DNA of 50,922 nucleotides from the NCBI GenBank assembly GCA_022711615.1, contig JAKLER010000001.1, positions 1-50,922 of the forward strand. The letters are read 5' to 3'. The DNA is from Acidobacteriota bacterium (GTDB taxonomy: Bacteria; Acidobacteriota; Thermoanaerobaculia; UBA5066). Below, in pieces: positions 23,780-34,784 of the stretch (positions are counted from its first letter, which is position 1; every line of letters begins with the position of its first letter). A program made the translations under genes and the position numbers. The notes under the pieces were generated by a model, which saw nothing but the letters and a program-made list of their open reading frames with translations, was not told where the DNA came from and ran no database searches.

Positions 23780-26365
23780 GTGCCGATTCGGGTCGACCTC
23801 GCCACGAGAACCGTCACCCTCTCGCCGGGCGCGCTCCTCGCCCCGACCGCGAGGCGGATCGGCGACGGGCGGGGCGGCTCGATGGAGCGGCGCTGGATCG
23901 GCCAGGCCGTCCACCGCCGCGTCCTTTCCGAGGCGCTCGCTTCCATTCCCGGATACGCCGTCGAGAAGGCCGTCCGCCACTCGTTCGCCGTCGACGGGTT
24001 CACCGCCATCCTGGAGGGACGGCTCGACGGCCGCTTCGAGGACCCGGACGGCACCGTCGTCGTCGACGAGGTGAAGTCGGTCCACTTCGCCGAGGAGCTC
24101 CCGCGGCTCGCCGGCTCGCCGCGCATGGACCGCTTCGCCCGCCAGCTCCAGTGGTACCTCCTGGCCATCGCCCGATCCGAAGGGCGCCCGGTCCGGGGCC
24201 GGCTCGTCCTGGCCGACATCGAGACGGGAAGCACGAAGCTGATCCCCGTCGAGTGGGACGAGGCCGAGGTGGCGGAGGACCTCCACGCGCGCGTCCGCGC
24301 CCTCCTCGAGGCCTTCTTCGACGACCTCGCTCTCGCCGAGGCCAAGGCGTCCGAAGCGGACGCCCTCACGTTCCCCTTCAGCCGGTTCCGGGCCGGTCAG
24401 CGCGAGATGGCGGCCGCCGTGGCCCGCGCCGTCCGACAGGGCGAGCAGCTCCTCGTGGAGGCGCCGACCGGCATCGGGAAGACGGCCGCCGCCCTCTTCC
24501 CGATGCTCGTCGAGGCCCTCCGGCGCGGACGGAAGCTCTACGTCCTCACGTCGAAGACGACGCAGCAGGAGATCTTCCGCAAGACGCTCGAGGCGATCTC
24601 CGCCGCCTCGGCCAGCTCCGTCCGCCTCCGTGCGAAGGAGAGGATGTGCGCGAACGGCGTCGTCCTCTGCCACGAGGACCACTGCGCCTTCGCGAAGGAC
24701 TACGCCGCGAAGCTGGAGGCCTCCGGCCTCGTGGACCGCCTCCTCGCCACCGCTCCGCACCTCGAGCCCGACCTCGTCTTCGAGGAGGCGCGCTCGGAGA
24801 TGGTCTGTCCGTTCGAGGTCTCCCTCGAGCTCGCCGAGCGGGCCGACGTCGTCCTCGGCGACTACAACTACGCGTTCGACCCGGTCGTCGCCCTCTCCGG
24901 GCTCCGCGACCCCGCCTCCCTCGACGGCGCGCTCCTCCTCGTCGACGAGGTCCACAACCTCGTCGAGCGCGGACGCGCCATCTGGTCGCCGGAGATCTCC
25001 GAGGCCGAGGTCCGGCGCCTCGCCCGCGCGATCGGGACGACGAGCCCGCGGACGGCCGCCGCGGCGCAGGAGGCCGCCGAGGAGGTCCTCGCCCTCGTCC
25101 TCGACGCGGCGTCCGGCCTCCCCGCGGCGCCCGACCCCTGGAACCCCTCCGTCGACCTCGTCCCCCTCGACCTGGACCGCCTCGACGACATCCGGCTGTC
25201 GATGGAGTCGCTCCTCGTCCGGCACCTCGCCGACCTCCGGAACGGCGGCGAGCGCGTCCCCGACGACCCGGTCCTCGCGCTCTACTTCCTCTACGCCGGC
25301 TTCCACGACGTCGCGCGCCGGGCCGCCCCGAGCGGGCGCCTCGTGGAGGCCTTCGACCTCCTCGCCTCCCGCGGTCCGGACGGCGCCCGCCTCGCGCTCC
25401 TCTGCAAGGACCCGTCGCGCCTCCTCGGCGAGACGTTCGACGCCGCCTTCGCCACCGTCGGGATGTCGGCCACGCTCCAGCCGCCCGAGTTCTACCGCGA
25501 CCTCCTCGGGCTGGACCCCGACCGCACCTCCGTCCTCTCGCTCCCCTCCCCCTTCCCGAAGGAGAACCGCGCCGTCCTCGTCGCTCCGGGAGTCGACACG
25601 ACCTGGAAGAGGCGCGCCGCCGCGATGCCCCGCATCGCCGCGCTCGTCGCGGAGATCGCCGACGCCTGCCCCGGGAATGTCCTCGCCCTCTTCCCCTCCT
25701 ACCGCTTCGTCGACGACGTCCGCGCCCTCCTCCCGCCTCTCCCCGGCCACCGCGTCCTCCGGCCGTCCGACCGCTCCACCGAGCTCGAGCGGAACGGGGT
25801 CCTCTCCGCGCTCCGCGAGGAGGGGTCGCGCATCCTCCTCCTCGCCGTCTCGGGCGGACCGTTCGCGGAGGGCGTCGACTACCCGGGCGCGATGCTCCAC
25901 GGCGTCGTCGTCGTCTCCCCCGCGCTCCCGCAGGTCCGCTTCGAGCAGGAGCGGATGCGCCTCTACTTCGAAGAGCGCTTCGGGCGCGGCTTCGAGTACG
26001 CCTACGTCATCCCCGGGATGACTCGCGTCGTACAGAGCGCGGGCCGCGTCATCCGCTCGGAGACCGACGTCGGAGTGATCGCCCTCGTCTGCCGCCGCTT
26101 CCTCCAGAAGCCCTACCGGACCTTCCTCCCGACGCACTGGTACGACGAGGCCCCCGACGAGCTCTCCTCGCGCGAGCCGGGCGAGGCGGTGAGGACATTC
26201 TTCGCCGGCGCGGCCCTCGGATCGGCGTCGGAGAGCGACCCGGCACGCCTCGGGCCCGCTACGACGGTGACCGCCGGGCCCCCGCCTCCGGGCCGCCGCA
26301 GAACCCCGTCGAGGAGGCCCCGTCGGCCCAGCGGCCTGCCGGGGCCCTCGGGCGATCCCGGCTAG
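23780..26365 (+). CDS. PD-(D/E)XK (RecB/Cas4-like) nuclease domain fused to XPD/DinG-family Fe-S DNA helicase
   Basis: N-terminal ~190 aa carries nuclease motifs GRLDG, VVVDEVKS and QLQWYLLAI. The helicase has Walker A APTGIGKT, DEAH-type box VDEVHN and four Cys (C290, C297, C302, C343) in XPD-like Fe-S spacing, plus a C-terminal Helicase_C_2-like part (VQSAGRVIRS). The tail is low-complexity and Pro/Arg-rich. GTG start. Confidence 0.85.
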   Translation: MPIRVDLATRTVTLSPGALLAPTARRIGDGRGGSMERRWIGQAVHRRVLSEALASIPGYAVEKAVRHSFAVDGFTAILEGRLDGRFEDPDGTVVVDEVKSVHFAEELPRLAGSPRMDRFARQLQWYLLAIARSEGRPVRGRLVLADIETGSTKLIPVEWDEAEVAEDLHARVRALLEAFFDDLALAEAKASEADALTFPFSRFRAGQREMAAAVARAVRQGEQLLVEAPTGIGKTAAALFPMLVEALRRGRKLYVLTSKTTQQEIFRKTLEAISAASASSVRLRAKERMCANGVVLCHEDHCAFAKDYAAKLEASGLVDRLLATAPHLEPDLVFEEARSEMVCPFEVSLELAERADVVLGDYNYAFDPVVALSGLRDPASLDGALLLVDEVHNLVERGRAIWSPEISEAEVRRLARAIGTTSPRTAAAAQEAAEEVLALVLDAASGLPAAPDPWNPSVDLVPLDLDRLDDIRLSMESLLVRHLADLRNGGERVPDDPVLALYFLYAGFHDVARRAAPSGRLVEAFDLLASRGPDGARLALLCKDPSRLLGETFDAAFATVGMSATLQPPEFYRDLLGLDPDRTSVLSLPSPFPKENRAVLVAPGVDTTWKRRAAAMPRIAALVAEIADACPGNVLALFPSYRFVDDVRALLPPLPGHRVLRPSDRSTELERNGVLSALREEGSRILLLAVSGGPFAEGVDYPGAMLHGVVVVSPALPQVRFEQERMRLYFEERFGRGFEYAYVIPGMTRVVQSAGRVIRSETDVGVIALVCRRFLQKPYRTFLPTHWYDEAPDELSSREPGEAVRTFFAGAALGSASESDPARLGPATTVTAGPPPPGRRRTPSRRPRRPSGLPGPSGDPG

Positions 26366-27336
26366 CGTCTCGGACGCGCGACGACGACCGCGAAGTCGCT
26401 CGGCAGGTCTCCAGATGACACGAGAGCCCATTCGAGGTCGGCGATCGCCTCGAGCAGCGCCGGGCCGCCAGGACTCGTCGCGGAGAAGTTGCCGGCGATG
26501 TCGTGAAGCAGGAGGTGGAGGACCGTTCCGCCGTACGGCCTCACCTCGAGGAGCTCAAAGTGAGCCTCCGCCAGCTCCAGGATCTCGCTCGATCGGACGG
26601 CTTCGGACGGGTCCGAAGCGACCATCTCGGCGACGGTCGGGCGCGGAAAGCGTTCCTTCAGGCCGTCTCCCACGGTGCTTCGCCGGTACCGGGCCGGCAG
26701 GGCGCGAAGAAGACCGTTCACGACCTCGAGCTGCCGATCGGACCACTGGAATCGCGTCGGCCCGACGAATTCGTTCATGAAGAAGAGGCCGTCCGGCTTC
26801 AGCGACCGGGCGATCTGCTCGAAGAGATGCTCGAGCCGCTCGATGTGGTGGATCGAGTGGACGCCGAAGACGACGTCGTAGACGTTCGACTCCAGCGTCA
26901 GGTCGTTTCCGTTCGCCACGGAGTAGCGCACGCGTCCGAGGCCCGCCCCGGACGCCGCCGTCCGCGCCTTCTCGATCGCGCCCGGGGCGACGTCGAATGC
27001 GTCGTGGGATGCGGCGAAACCGTACGTCGCGAGACCTCGCTCGAGGTCGCCAGCTCCGCACCCGATCGTGAGCGCCCGAGCCACGGGGAGGCGGCCCTCG
27101 AGGCGCGTCCGGAGGAACCAGAGGTAGGGGTCCACGTCCTCGTCGCCTGAGACGCGCCGGTTCAGGATCGCCTGAACCCGGGCGAGCTCGGTCCAGTGTC
27201 GGACACCGCCGATACTCCAGGTCCCCGCCTGCTCGCCCCAGACCTCCGCCACGGAATCCGCTCCGTCGACGCCGGTCCGGCCCCTCCCCGCGCCCACCTT
27301 CGCGGCCAGGCGCCGGAGCACGCCGCGAAGAGTCAC
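26362..27336 (-). CDS. class I SAM-dependent methyltransferase
   Basis: SAM-binding motif I LTIGCGAGDLE and post-I/II blocks (DAFDVAP, YDVVFGVHSIHH, LKPDGLFF). GTG start preceded by AGGAAG. Confidence 0.8.
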   Translation of the reverse strand: MTLRGVLRRLAAKVGAGRGRTGVDGADSVAEVWGEQAGTWSIGGVRHWTELARVQAILNRRVSGDEDVDPYLWFLRTRLEGRLPVARALTIGCGAGDLERGLATYGFAASHDAFDVAPGAIEKARTAASGAGLGRVRYSVANGNDLTLESNVYDVVFGVHSIHHIERLEHLFEQIARSLKPDGLFFMNEFVGPTRFQWSDRQLEVVNGLLRALPARYRRSTVGDGLKERFPRPTVAEMVASDPSEAVRSSEILELAEAHFELLEVRPYGGTVLHLLLHDIAGNFSATSPGGPALLEAIADLEWALVSSGDLPSDFAVVVARPRR

Positions 27337-27407
27337 GCGAGCTTCCTGCGTCTCTCGAGACGATCCGAATCGGCCATGGCGATATCCGTCCTCCCTTACA
27401 GACGAAA

Positions 27408-27433
27408 CGGCCCCGCGCTCGCGCGCGGGGCCG
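27408..27433 (-). terminator. intrinsic-terminator-like hairpin after the secreted four-repeat protein gene
   Basis: CGGCCCCGCGC-tcgc-GCGCGGGGCCG, 11 bp of pure G/C, 25 nt after the stop at 27458. On the minus strand it is followed by GTTTCGTCTGT. Confidence 0.6.
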
Positions 27434-27457
27434 CCCGTCGTGGATCGGCTTTCGGGT

Positions 27458-29140
27458 TCAGCGGACGAGCGTGTTGTTGTTGACGACGAAGCGGCGCGTC
27501 CCGGCGGACCGGTAGTTGCCGCGGCCGTCGATGACCTCGACGAGGAGGTCGTGCTCGGAGTTCGTGAGCTTCGTCGTGTCGAGGTAGAAGCGCCAACGGG
27601 CGTTCGCGCGCTGCGGGTAGTTCGGGTAGACCGCCGAGACGTCGGGGCTCGGGAGGCCGTACTCCGCGTAGTCGCGCCCGGTCACGGCGTCGATCTGCGG
27701 CACGCCGTCGATCAGAACGCGAACCCGGATGACGCCGTCGAGGTCGAGCGCCCAGCCGAGGACCGGGTGGATCCCGCCGACGAACTGGTAGTTCATCGGG
27801 TCGGAGACGTAGCCGAGCGGCGACGGGTCGAGGTTCTGCGTGGCGCACTCGATGTGGACCGGCAGCTCCTTCAGGAGGGTGACGTTGTCCTCCTTGTCGG
27901 CCGCCTTCACCTGGAGCATGTGGTTCCCCTCCTTGAACCCCTTCTCGGTCAGGAGGTGGCCCACGTCGACGGCGAAGAAGTATCCGGAGTTCGCCGACTG
28001 CGGGAAGCCCGGGTAGAAGACGTTCACGTCGGGGCGGTAGAAGCCGTAGCAGTCGACGAGCGCGTTGTCGAGGTTGAACTCGCGCCGGCACCCGAGCGTG
28101 CCGAAGGCGCCGCGCGTGTCCTTCAGGACGACGCCGTCCATCTCGAGGAAGACGTGGGAGACGCCGCCGCGCTCGGCGTAGACCGAGGTGTCGAGCGCCC
28201 AGCCGGAGACGAACATGACGTAGCGGGTGTCGCGGATCTCGCCGCCGGACGGCCCGCCGGGGAGGCGGAGGCAGTTGCCGAACCAGGTCGCCTGGAGCAT
28301 CGGCTGGTCGACGTCGCCGAACGGCGGGAGGTTCGGGGCGTTGTTGAAGACCTGGAACCGCCGGACGTCGATCAGACCCTGCTGTCCCTGGTCGTCGGTC
28401 GCCTTGACCGTGAGCGTGTGGACGCCGTTCGTCAGGCGGGTCGAGTCGATGAAGACGAGGAAGCCGGAGGTCGCGGCGCTGGGGACGTTCGGGTAGAAGG
28501 CCGCGACGTCGGGGCGGTTGATGCCGAGCACCGCGCCGCGCTCGATCAGACCGTCGATCAGGACGTCGACGTGATCGATCCGCCGGTCGTCGAGCGCCCA
28601 GCCGGCGACGGCGAGGACGCCGTTCGCGTGGACGGACGAGTCGGGGAGCGGGACGTCGAGGACCCCGAACGGCGCCTGGTTCTTCGCGTTGTCGATCCGG
28701 ATCGTCCGGGGCGCGAGGAAGTAGCAGCAGCCGGTGACGTCCGTGATCCGGACGTGGAGCGTGTGCGTTCCGTTGGCGTAGTTCGCCGCGCGGAACGACA
28801 TCTCGAACCCCGGCTGCTCGCCCGGCGTCCCCGCGTACTGCGGGAGCCACTGCGTGACGTCGGGACGCGGGAGGTTGATGTTGGCGCCGCCCGCGGGCGT
28901 GACCCGGTTCGCCTCGTCGGTCCCGTCGATGAAGAGATCGACGTTCGAGACGAGGTTCCCGTTCAGGGCGAAGCCCGTGACCCGGACGAAGCCCGAGACG
29001 AGGGCCCCCTCCGCCGGGGCCTCGATCGTCCCGAGGGTCTGCGCCGGGCAGCCCTCCTCCGGGCACTGCGCGAACGCGGGCGCCCCGAGCGTCAGCAGGA
29101 CCGCCGCCGTCACCGGAAGGACCAGAGCGTTGAGCTTCAT
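27458..29140 (-). CDS. secreted protein built of four tandem beta-sandwich-like repeats (GWALD ... IDG ... RPDV..YP ... NG.H.L motif)
   Basis: Signal peptide MKLNALVLPVTAAVLLTLGAPAFA/QC. Four internal repeats at roughly aa 36-150, 157-265, 273-430 and 440-555 share the motif string. Strong RBS GGGGAGGAAG 4 nt before the ATG. Confidence 0.8.
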   Translation of the reverse strand: MKLNALVLPVTAAVLLTLGAPAFAQCPEEGCPAQTLGTIEAPAEGALVSGFVRVTGFALNGNLVSNVDLFIDGTDEANRVTPAGGANINLPRPDVTQWLPQYAGTPGEQPGFEMSFRAANYANGTHTLHVRITDVTGCCYFLAPRTIRIDNAKNQAPFGVLDVPLPDSSVHANGVLAVAGWALDDRRIDHVDVLIDGLIERGAVLGINRPDVAAFYPNVPSAATSGFLVFIDSTRLTNGVHTLTVKATDDQGQQGLIDVRRFQVFNNAPNLPPFGDVDQPMLQATWFGNCLRLPGGPSGGEIRDTRYVMFVSGWALDTSVYAERGGVSHVFLEMDGVVLKDTRGAFGTLGCRREFNLDNALVDCYGFYRPDVNVFYPGFPQSANSGYFFAVDVGHLLTEKGFKEGNHMLQVKAADKEDNVTLLKELPVHIECATQNLDPSPLGYVSDPMNYQFVGGIHPVLGWALDLDGVIRVRVLIDGVPQIDAVTGRDYAEYGLPSPDVSAVYPNYPQRANARWRFYLDTTKLTNSEHDLLVEVIDGRGNYRSAGTRRFVVNNNTLVR

Positions 29141-29240
29141 CAGTCTTCCTCCCCAGGCTCACGAGGTCTCAGGTTCACGGTTTCCGGCTCCATCGCGGAA
29201 TCAGACCCGGAACTTTGAGAGCGTGCGTTCGTTTGCGGGA

Positions 29241-29269
29241 ATTCTAGGTGGGGGCCAAAACCCTGTCAA
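29241..29269 (-). promoter_or_regulatory. sigma70-type promoter TTGACA-17 nt-TAGAAT for the secreted four-repeat protein gene
   Basis: The minus strand reads aaaccctcgaaTTGACAgggttttggcccccaccTAGAATtcccgc. The -35 is consensus, the spacer is 17 nt and the -10 is near-consensus, about 100 nt upstream of ATG 29140, in the only clearly less GC-rich intergenic region. Confidence 0.6.
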
Positions 29270-29285
29270 TTCGAGGGTTTCCCCC
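29250..29285. promoter_or_regulatory. dyad symmetry GGGGG-cca-AAACCCT-N9-AGGGTTT-CCCCC enclosing the -35 box
   Basis: 12 complementary bp in two blocks with a 3-nt bulge. The 9-nt centre gtcaattcg contains the complement of TTGACA. Candidate operator or RNA hairpin. Confidence 0.4.
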
Positions 29286-29378
29286 TGTTCGGGCCTTCCC
29301 CGGCCGCCCGGACGGGCCGGCCAAGGGTCTCCCTTCCCTCGGACCCGGTCCCGCCGCGTCGGCCGCCCCCTCTCCAAG

Positions 29379-29384
29379 TACCAT
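29379..29384 (+). promoter_or_regulatory. putative -10 hexamer TACCAT, 6 nt upstream of GTG 29391 (leaderless-type)
   Basis: ccaagTACCATgcgccgGTG. This supports GTG 29391 as the start of the six-gene nrdR/lon operon. Confidence 0.35.
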
Positions 29385-29390
29385 GCGCCG

Positions 29391-30449
29391 GTGCCGAAGG
29401 CTGCCTCGAACGCCCTCCGGGCCGCCCTGTCGCTCGGTCTGGCGGCCCTCCTCCTCTGGCTCTTCTTCCGGAGCCTCGACCTCGCCGAGCTCGGACGGGC
29501 CCTCTCAGGCGCCCGCCCGGCCGGGCTCGCCGTCGCCCTCGCGATCACGGTCGTGAACGTGCCGCTCCGGGCCTGGCGCTGGATCCGCCTGCTCCGCCAC
29601 GTGGAGCGGGTCTCCCTCCGGGAGTCCTTCGTCGCCACGACGATCGGCTTCGCGGCGTCCGTCCTCCTCCCGGCCCGGGCGGGCGAGATCGTCCGGCCGG
29701 CCGTCCTCTCGCGCCGGACGGGGCTTCCCTTCGCCCCGGCGCTCGCCTCGATCGCGGTCGAGCGGCTGATCGACCTCGTCACCGTGATCCTCCTGTTCGT
29801 CGCCTACGCCGCGGGAGGCTGGGCGCCGGCCGGGATCTCCCCGGAGGCGCAGGCCCGGATGGAGCTGCTGCGCCGCGCGGCGCTCGTCGTCGGGGCCGTC
29901 GCGCTCGCCGTCTTCGCCGGGCTCGGCCTCCTCGCGGCCCGGCCCGCTCTCGCCGAGCGCTTCCTCGCGCCGCTCGAGCGGCGGCTCCCGAAGAGGTTCG
30001 CGGCCCGGATCGTCTCTCTCCTCCGCTCCTTCCTGGGCGGGCTCGCGGCGATCCGGACCGGGCGCGACGTGGCGGTCCTGGCCGCCTCCTCGCTCGTGAT
30101 GTGGCTCCTGAACGCGCTCCAGTTCCACGTGGTCGCCGGGGCCTTCGGCATCCAGCTCGCGTTCCCGATCTCCTTCTTCGTGATGACGTGGGCCGTCCTC
30201 GGCCTCGCGATCCCGACCCCCGGGGGCGTCGGGGGCTACCACGCGGCGGTCGCCTACGCGCTGACCGGCTTCTACGCCGTCGCCGCGGCGCCCGCGGCGG
30301 CGACGGCGCTCGCGACGCACGCGATCGCGTTCGTCCCGATCACGGTCGCCGGGGCCTTCCTCGTAGCCGGCAGCGGCCTCACGTTCCGCCGCCTCGCCAC
30401 GTCCGGCCCCTCCGGCCCGGACTCCTCCGGGAGTAGTCTCCGGCCGTGA
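29391..30449 (+). CDS. flippase-like / lysylphosphatidylglycerol-synthase TM-region family membrane protein (UPF0104)
   Basis: The real start is probably GTG 29391 inside listed ORF 28854..30449. It is polytopic, and the N-terminal pattern LLLWLFFRSLDLAELGRAL...LRAWRWIRLL is typical of this family. Confidence 0.7.
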   Translation: MPKAASNALRAALSLGLAALLLWLFFRSLDLAELGRALSGARPAGLAVALAITVVNVPLRAWRWIRLLRHVERVSLRESFVATTIGFAASVLLPARAGEIVRPAVLSRRTGLPFAPALASIAVERLIDLVTVILLFVAYAAGGWAPAGISPEAQARMELLRRAALVVGAVALAVFAGLGLLAARPALAERFLAPLERRLPKRFAARIVSLLRSFLGGLAAIRTGRDVAVLAASSLVMWLLNALQFHVVAGAFGIQLAFPISFFVMTWAVLGLAIPTPGGVGGYHAAVAYALTGFYAVAAAPAAATALATHAIAFVPITVAGAFLVAGSGLTFRRLATSGPSGPDSSGSSLRP

Positions 30450-30925
30450 AGTGCCCGTTCTGCGGCGGTGTTTCCGACCGGGTCGTCGATTCGCGCGAGA
30501 GCCGCGAGGGCGAGGTGATCCGCCGACGGCGGGAGTGCCTCTCCTGCCAGCGCCGGTTCACGTCGTACGAGCGGGTCGAGGAGTCTCCGCTCGTGGTCGT
30601 CAAGAGCGACGGTCGCCGCGAGGAGTTCGACCGCGCGAAGGTCCTGCGCGGCCTCCGACGCGCCTGCGAGAAGCGCCCCGTCGAGGAGGCCCGGCTCGAG
30701 ACGCTCTGCGACGACGTCGAGGGGCTCTTCCCGACGCGCGAGCCGCGCGAGCTGAAGACGCGCGAGATCGGGGCCTTCCTGATGGAGAAGCTGAAGGAGG
30801 TCGACCAGGTCGCCTTCGTCCGCTTCGCCTCCGTCTACCGGCGGTTCGAGGACGCCGGCGACTTCGTCGAGGAGGTCGAGACCCTCCTCTCCGACGCCCG
30901 CGACCTCTCACGGAGGAGCCGATGA
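30446..30925 (+). CDS. nrdR: transcriptional repressor NrdR
   Basis: Zn ribbon MKCPFCG...CLSCQRRFTSYE followed by an ATP-cone. GTGA overlap with the upstream gene. Confidence 0.92.
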   Translation: MKCPFCGGVSDRVVDSRESREGEVIRRRRECLSCQRRFTSYERVEESPLVVVKSDGRREEFDRAKVLRGLRRACEKRPVEEARLETLCDDVEGLFPTREPRELKTREIGAFLMEKLKEVDQVAFVRFASVYRRFEDAGDFVEEVETLLSDARDLSRRSR

Positions 30926-31335
30926 CGAAAGGACGACCGACGACGCGCTGGGTCTACGGCTCCGGCGCGGGCGACCCCGGCGCGCCGCCGCCTCACCTCC
31001 CCCCGGTCGACGTCGTCGAGGAGACCCACGGCTGGCGGCTCGTCTTCGAGATCCCCGGGACCGACCCGGAGTCGGTCCGGGTCGACGTGGCGGGGCGCGT
31101 CGTCGTGGTGCGGGGCGAGCGACGGCCTACGGAGCGGGCGCACGGCACGTTCCTCTGCGTGGAGCGCTCCGCGGGCCCGTTCGAGCGCGCGATCGAGCTC
31201 CCCGACGAGCCCGACCCGGACGGCGGGTCGGCCGTCTACGCCGACGGGCTCCTCACGCTCGAGATCCCCCGCCGCCCCGCCACCCGGCGGCGGACGATCC
31301 CGATCCGCCCGGCGCGGGGCCCGGAGAAGGGCTAG
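30922..31335 (+). CDS. Hsp20/alpha-crystallin family small heat-shock protein
   Basis: ATG 30922 (RBS GGAGGAG, ATGA overlap with nrdR). Alpha-crystallin domain blocks VDVVEETHGWRLVFEIPG and ADGLLTLEIPR. Confidence 0.85.
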   Translation: MTKGRPTTRWVYGSGAGDPGAPPPHLPPVDVVEETHGWRLVFEIPGTDPESVRVDVAGRVVVVRGERRPTERAHGTFLCVERSAGPFERAIELPDEPDPDGGSAVYADGLLTLEIPRRPATRRRTIPIRPARGPEKG

Positions 31336-31338
31336 CCG

Positions 31339-33746
<2,408 letters not shown>

Positions 33747-33750
<4 letters not shown>

Positions 33751-34784
33751 AGACGCTCCCCCCCGAGACCGACCTCCTTCGCAGCTTCGAACGCCTCTTC
33801 GCGACGCGCCGGCGCGACGTGAGGGTCGGCGTCGGCGACGACGCCGCCGTCCTCGCCGCTCCCTCCTCCCTCGCCGTCTGCACCGACGCCCTCGTGGAGG
33901 GGGAGGACTTCACCGCCGCCGCCGACCCGTATCTCGTCGGGCGGAAGGCGATGAACGTGAACCTCTCGGACCTCGCCGCGATGGGGGCGACGCCCCTCCA
34001 CGCGCTCCTCACGCTCGGCCTCCCTCGCGAGACGCCGGTCGCCTGGCTGGACGCTTTCCTCGAGGGCTTCCGTTCGGCCGCGCGGGAGCACGCCGTGGCG
34101 ATCGTCGGCGGCGACCTGACCGCCGCGCGGGAGCGCTTCGCTTCGGTCACCGTCCTCGGCCGCGTCCCCGATGAAGGGCCGCTGCGCCGCGGGGGCGGCG
34201 GCCCGGGCGACGAGCTCTGGGTCTCCGGGACGCTCGGCGCCGCCGCGGCGGGACTGTCGCTCGTCCTGCGCGGATACCGCCGCGACCGCGAGGGAAAGGT
34301 GACCGCTCCGCGCGGGCGCCGCGTGTCACCGGCCCGTCGCGACGAGATCGCCCGGCTCCTCCGGCACCAGCTCGACCCGCGCCCGATGGTGGATCTCGGC
34401 CGGGCGCTCGCCGAGGGGGGGATCGCGTCGGCGGCGATCGACCTCTCCGACGGGTTCGCTCGCGACCTCCACCGCCTCTGCCGCGCCTCCGGGACGGGCG
34501 CCGTCGTCGAGACCTCGACGCTCCCCGTCGATTCCGGCCTCCCGGCGCTGCCCGAGCTCCCGACCTCCCCGCGCGACCTCGCGCTCTTCGGCGGCGAGGA
34601 CTACGGGCTCCTCTTCACGGTCCCTCCGGAGCGCCTCGGCGCGATGAAGAAGATCGCGGCGCGCTTCGCGGTCCGCCGGGTCGGCCGGCTCGACGGCACG
34701 TCGAAGGTCCTCCTCGCCGAGGGCGGCGCCTTCACGCCTCTCGCCGATCGCGGCTTCGACCACTTCGCCGGGCCGGCCGGATGA
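33747..34784 (+). CDS. thiL: thiamine-monophosphate kinase
   Basis: AIR-synthase-like fold blocks [19 protein letters not shown] and GGDL. GTGA overlap with lon. Confidence 0.88.

Noticed and set aside
23431-26431. ORFs 23431..26418 (plus, 995 aa) and 23684..26431 (minus, 915 aa)
   Set aside because: They are frame-shifted or antisense to the nuclease-helicase gene, whose frame (23780..26365) alone has Walker A, DEVH and Fe-S cysteines.
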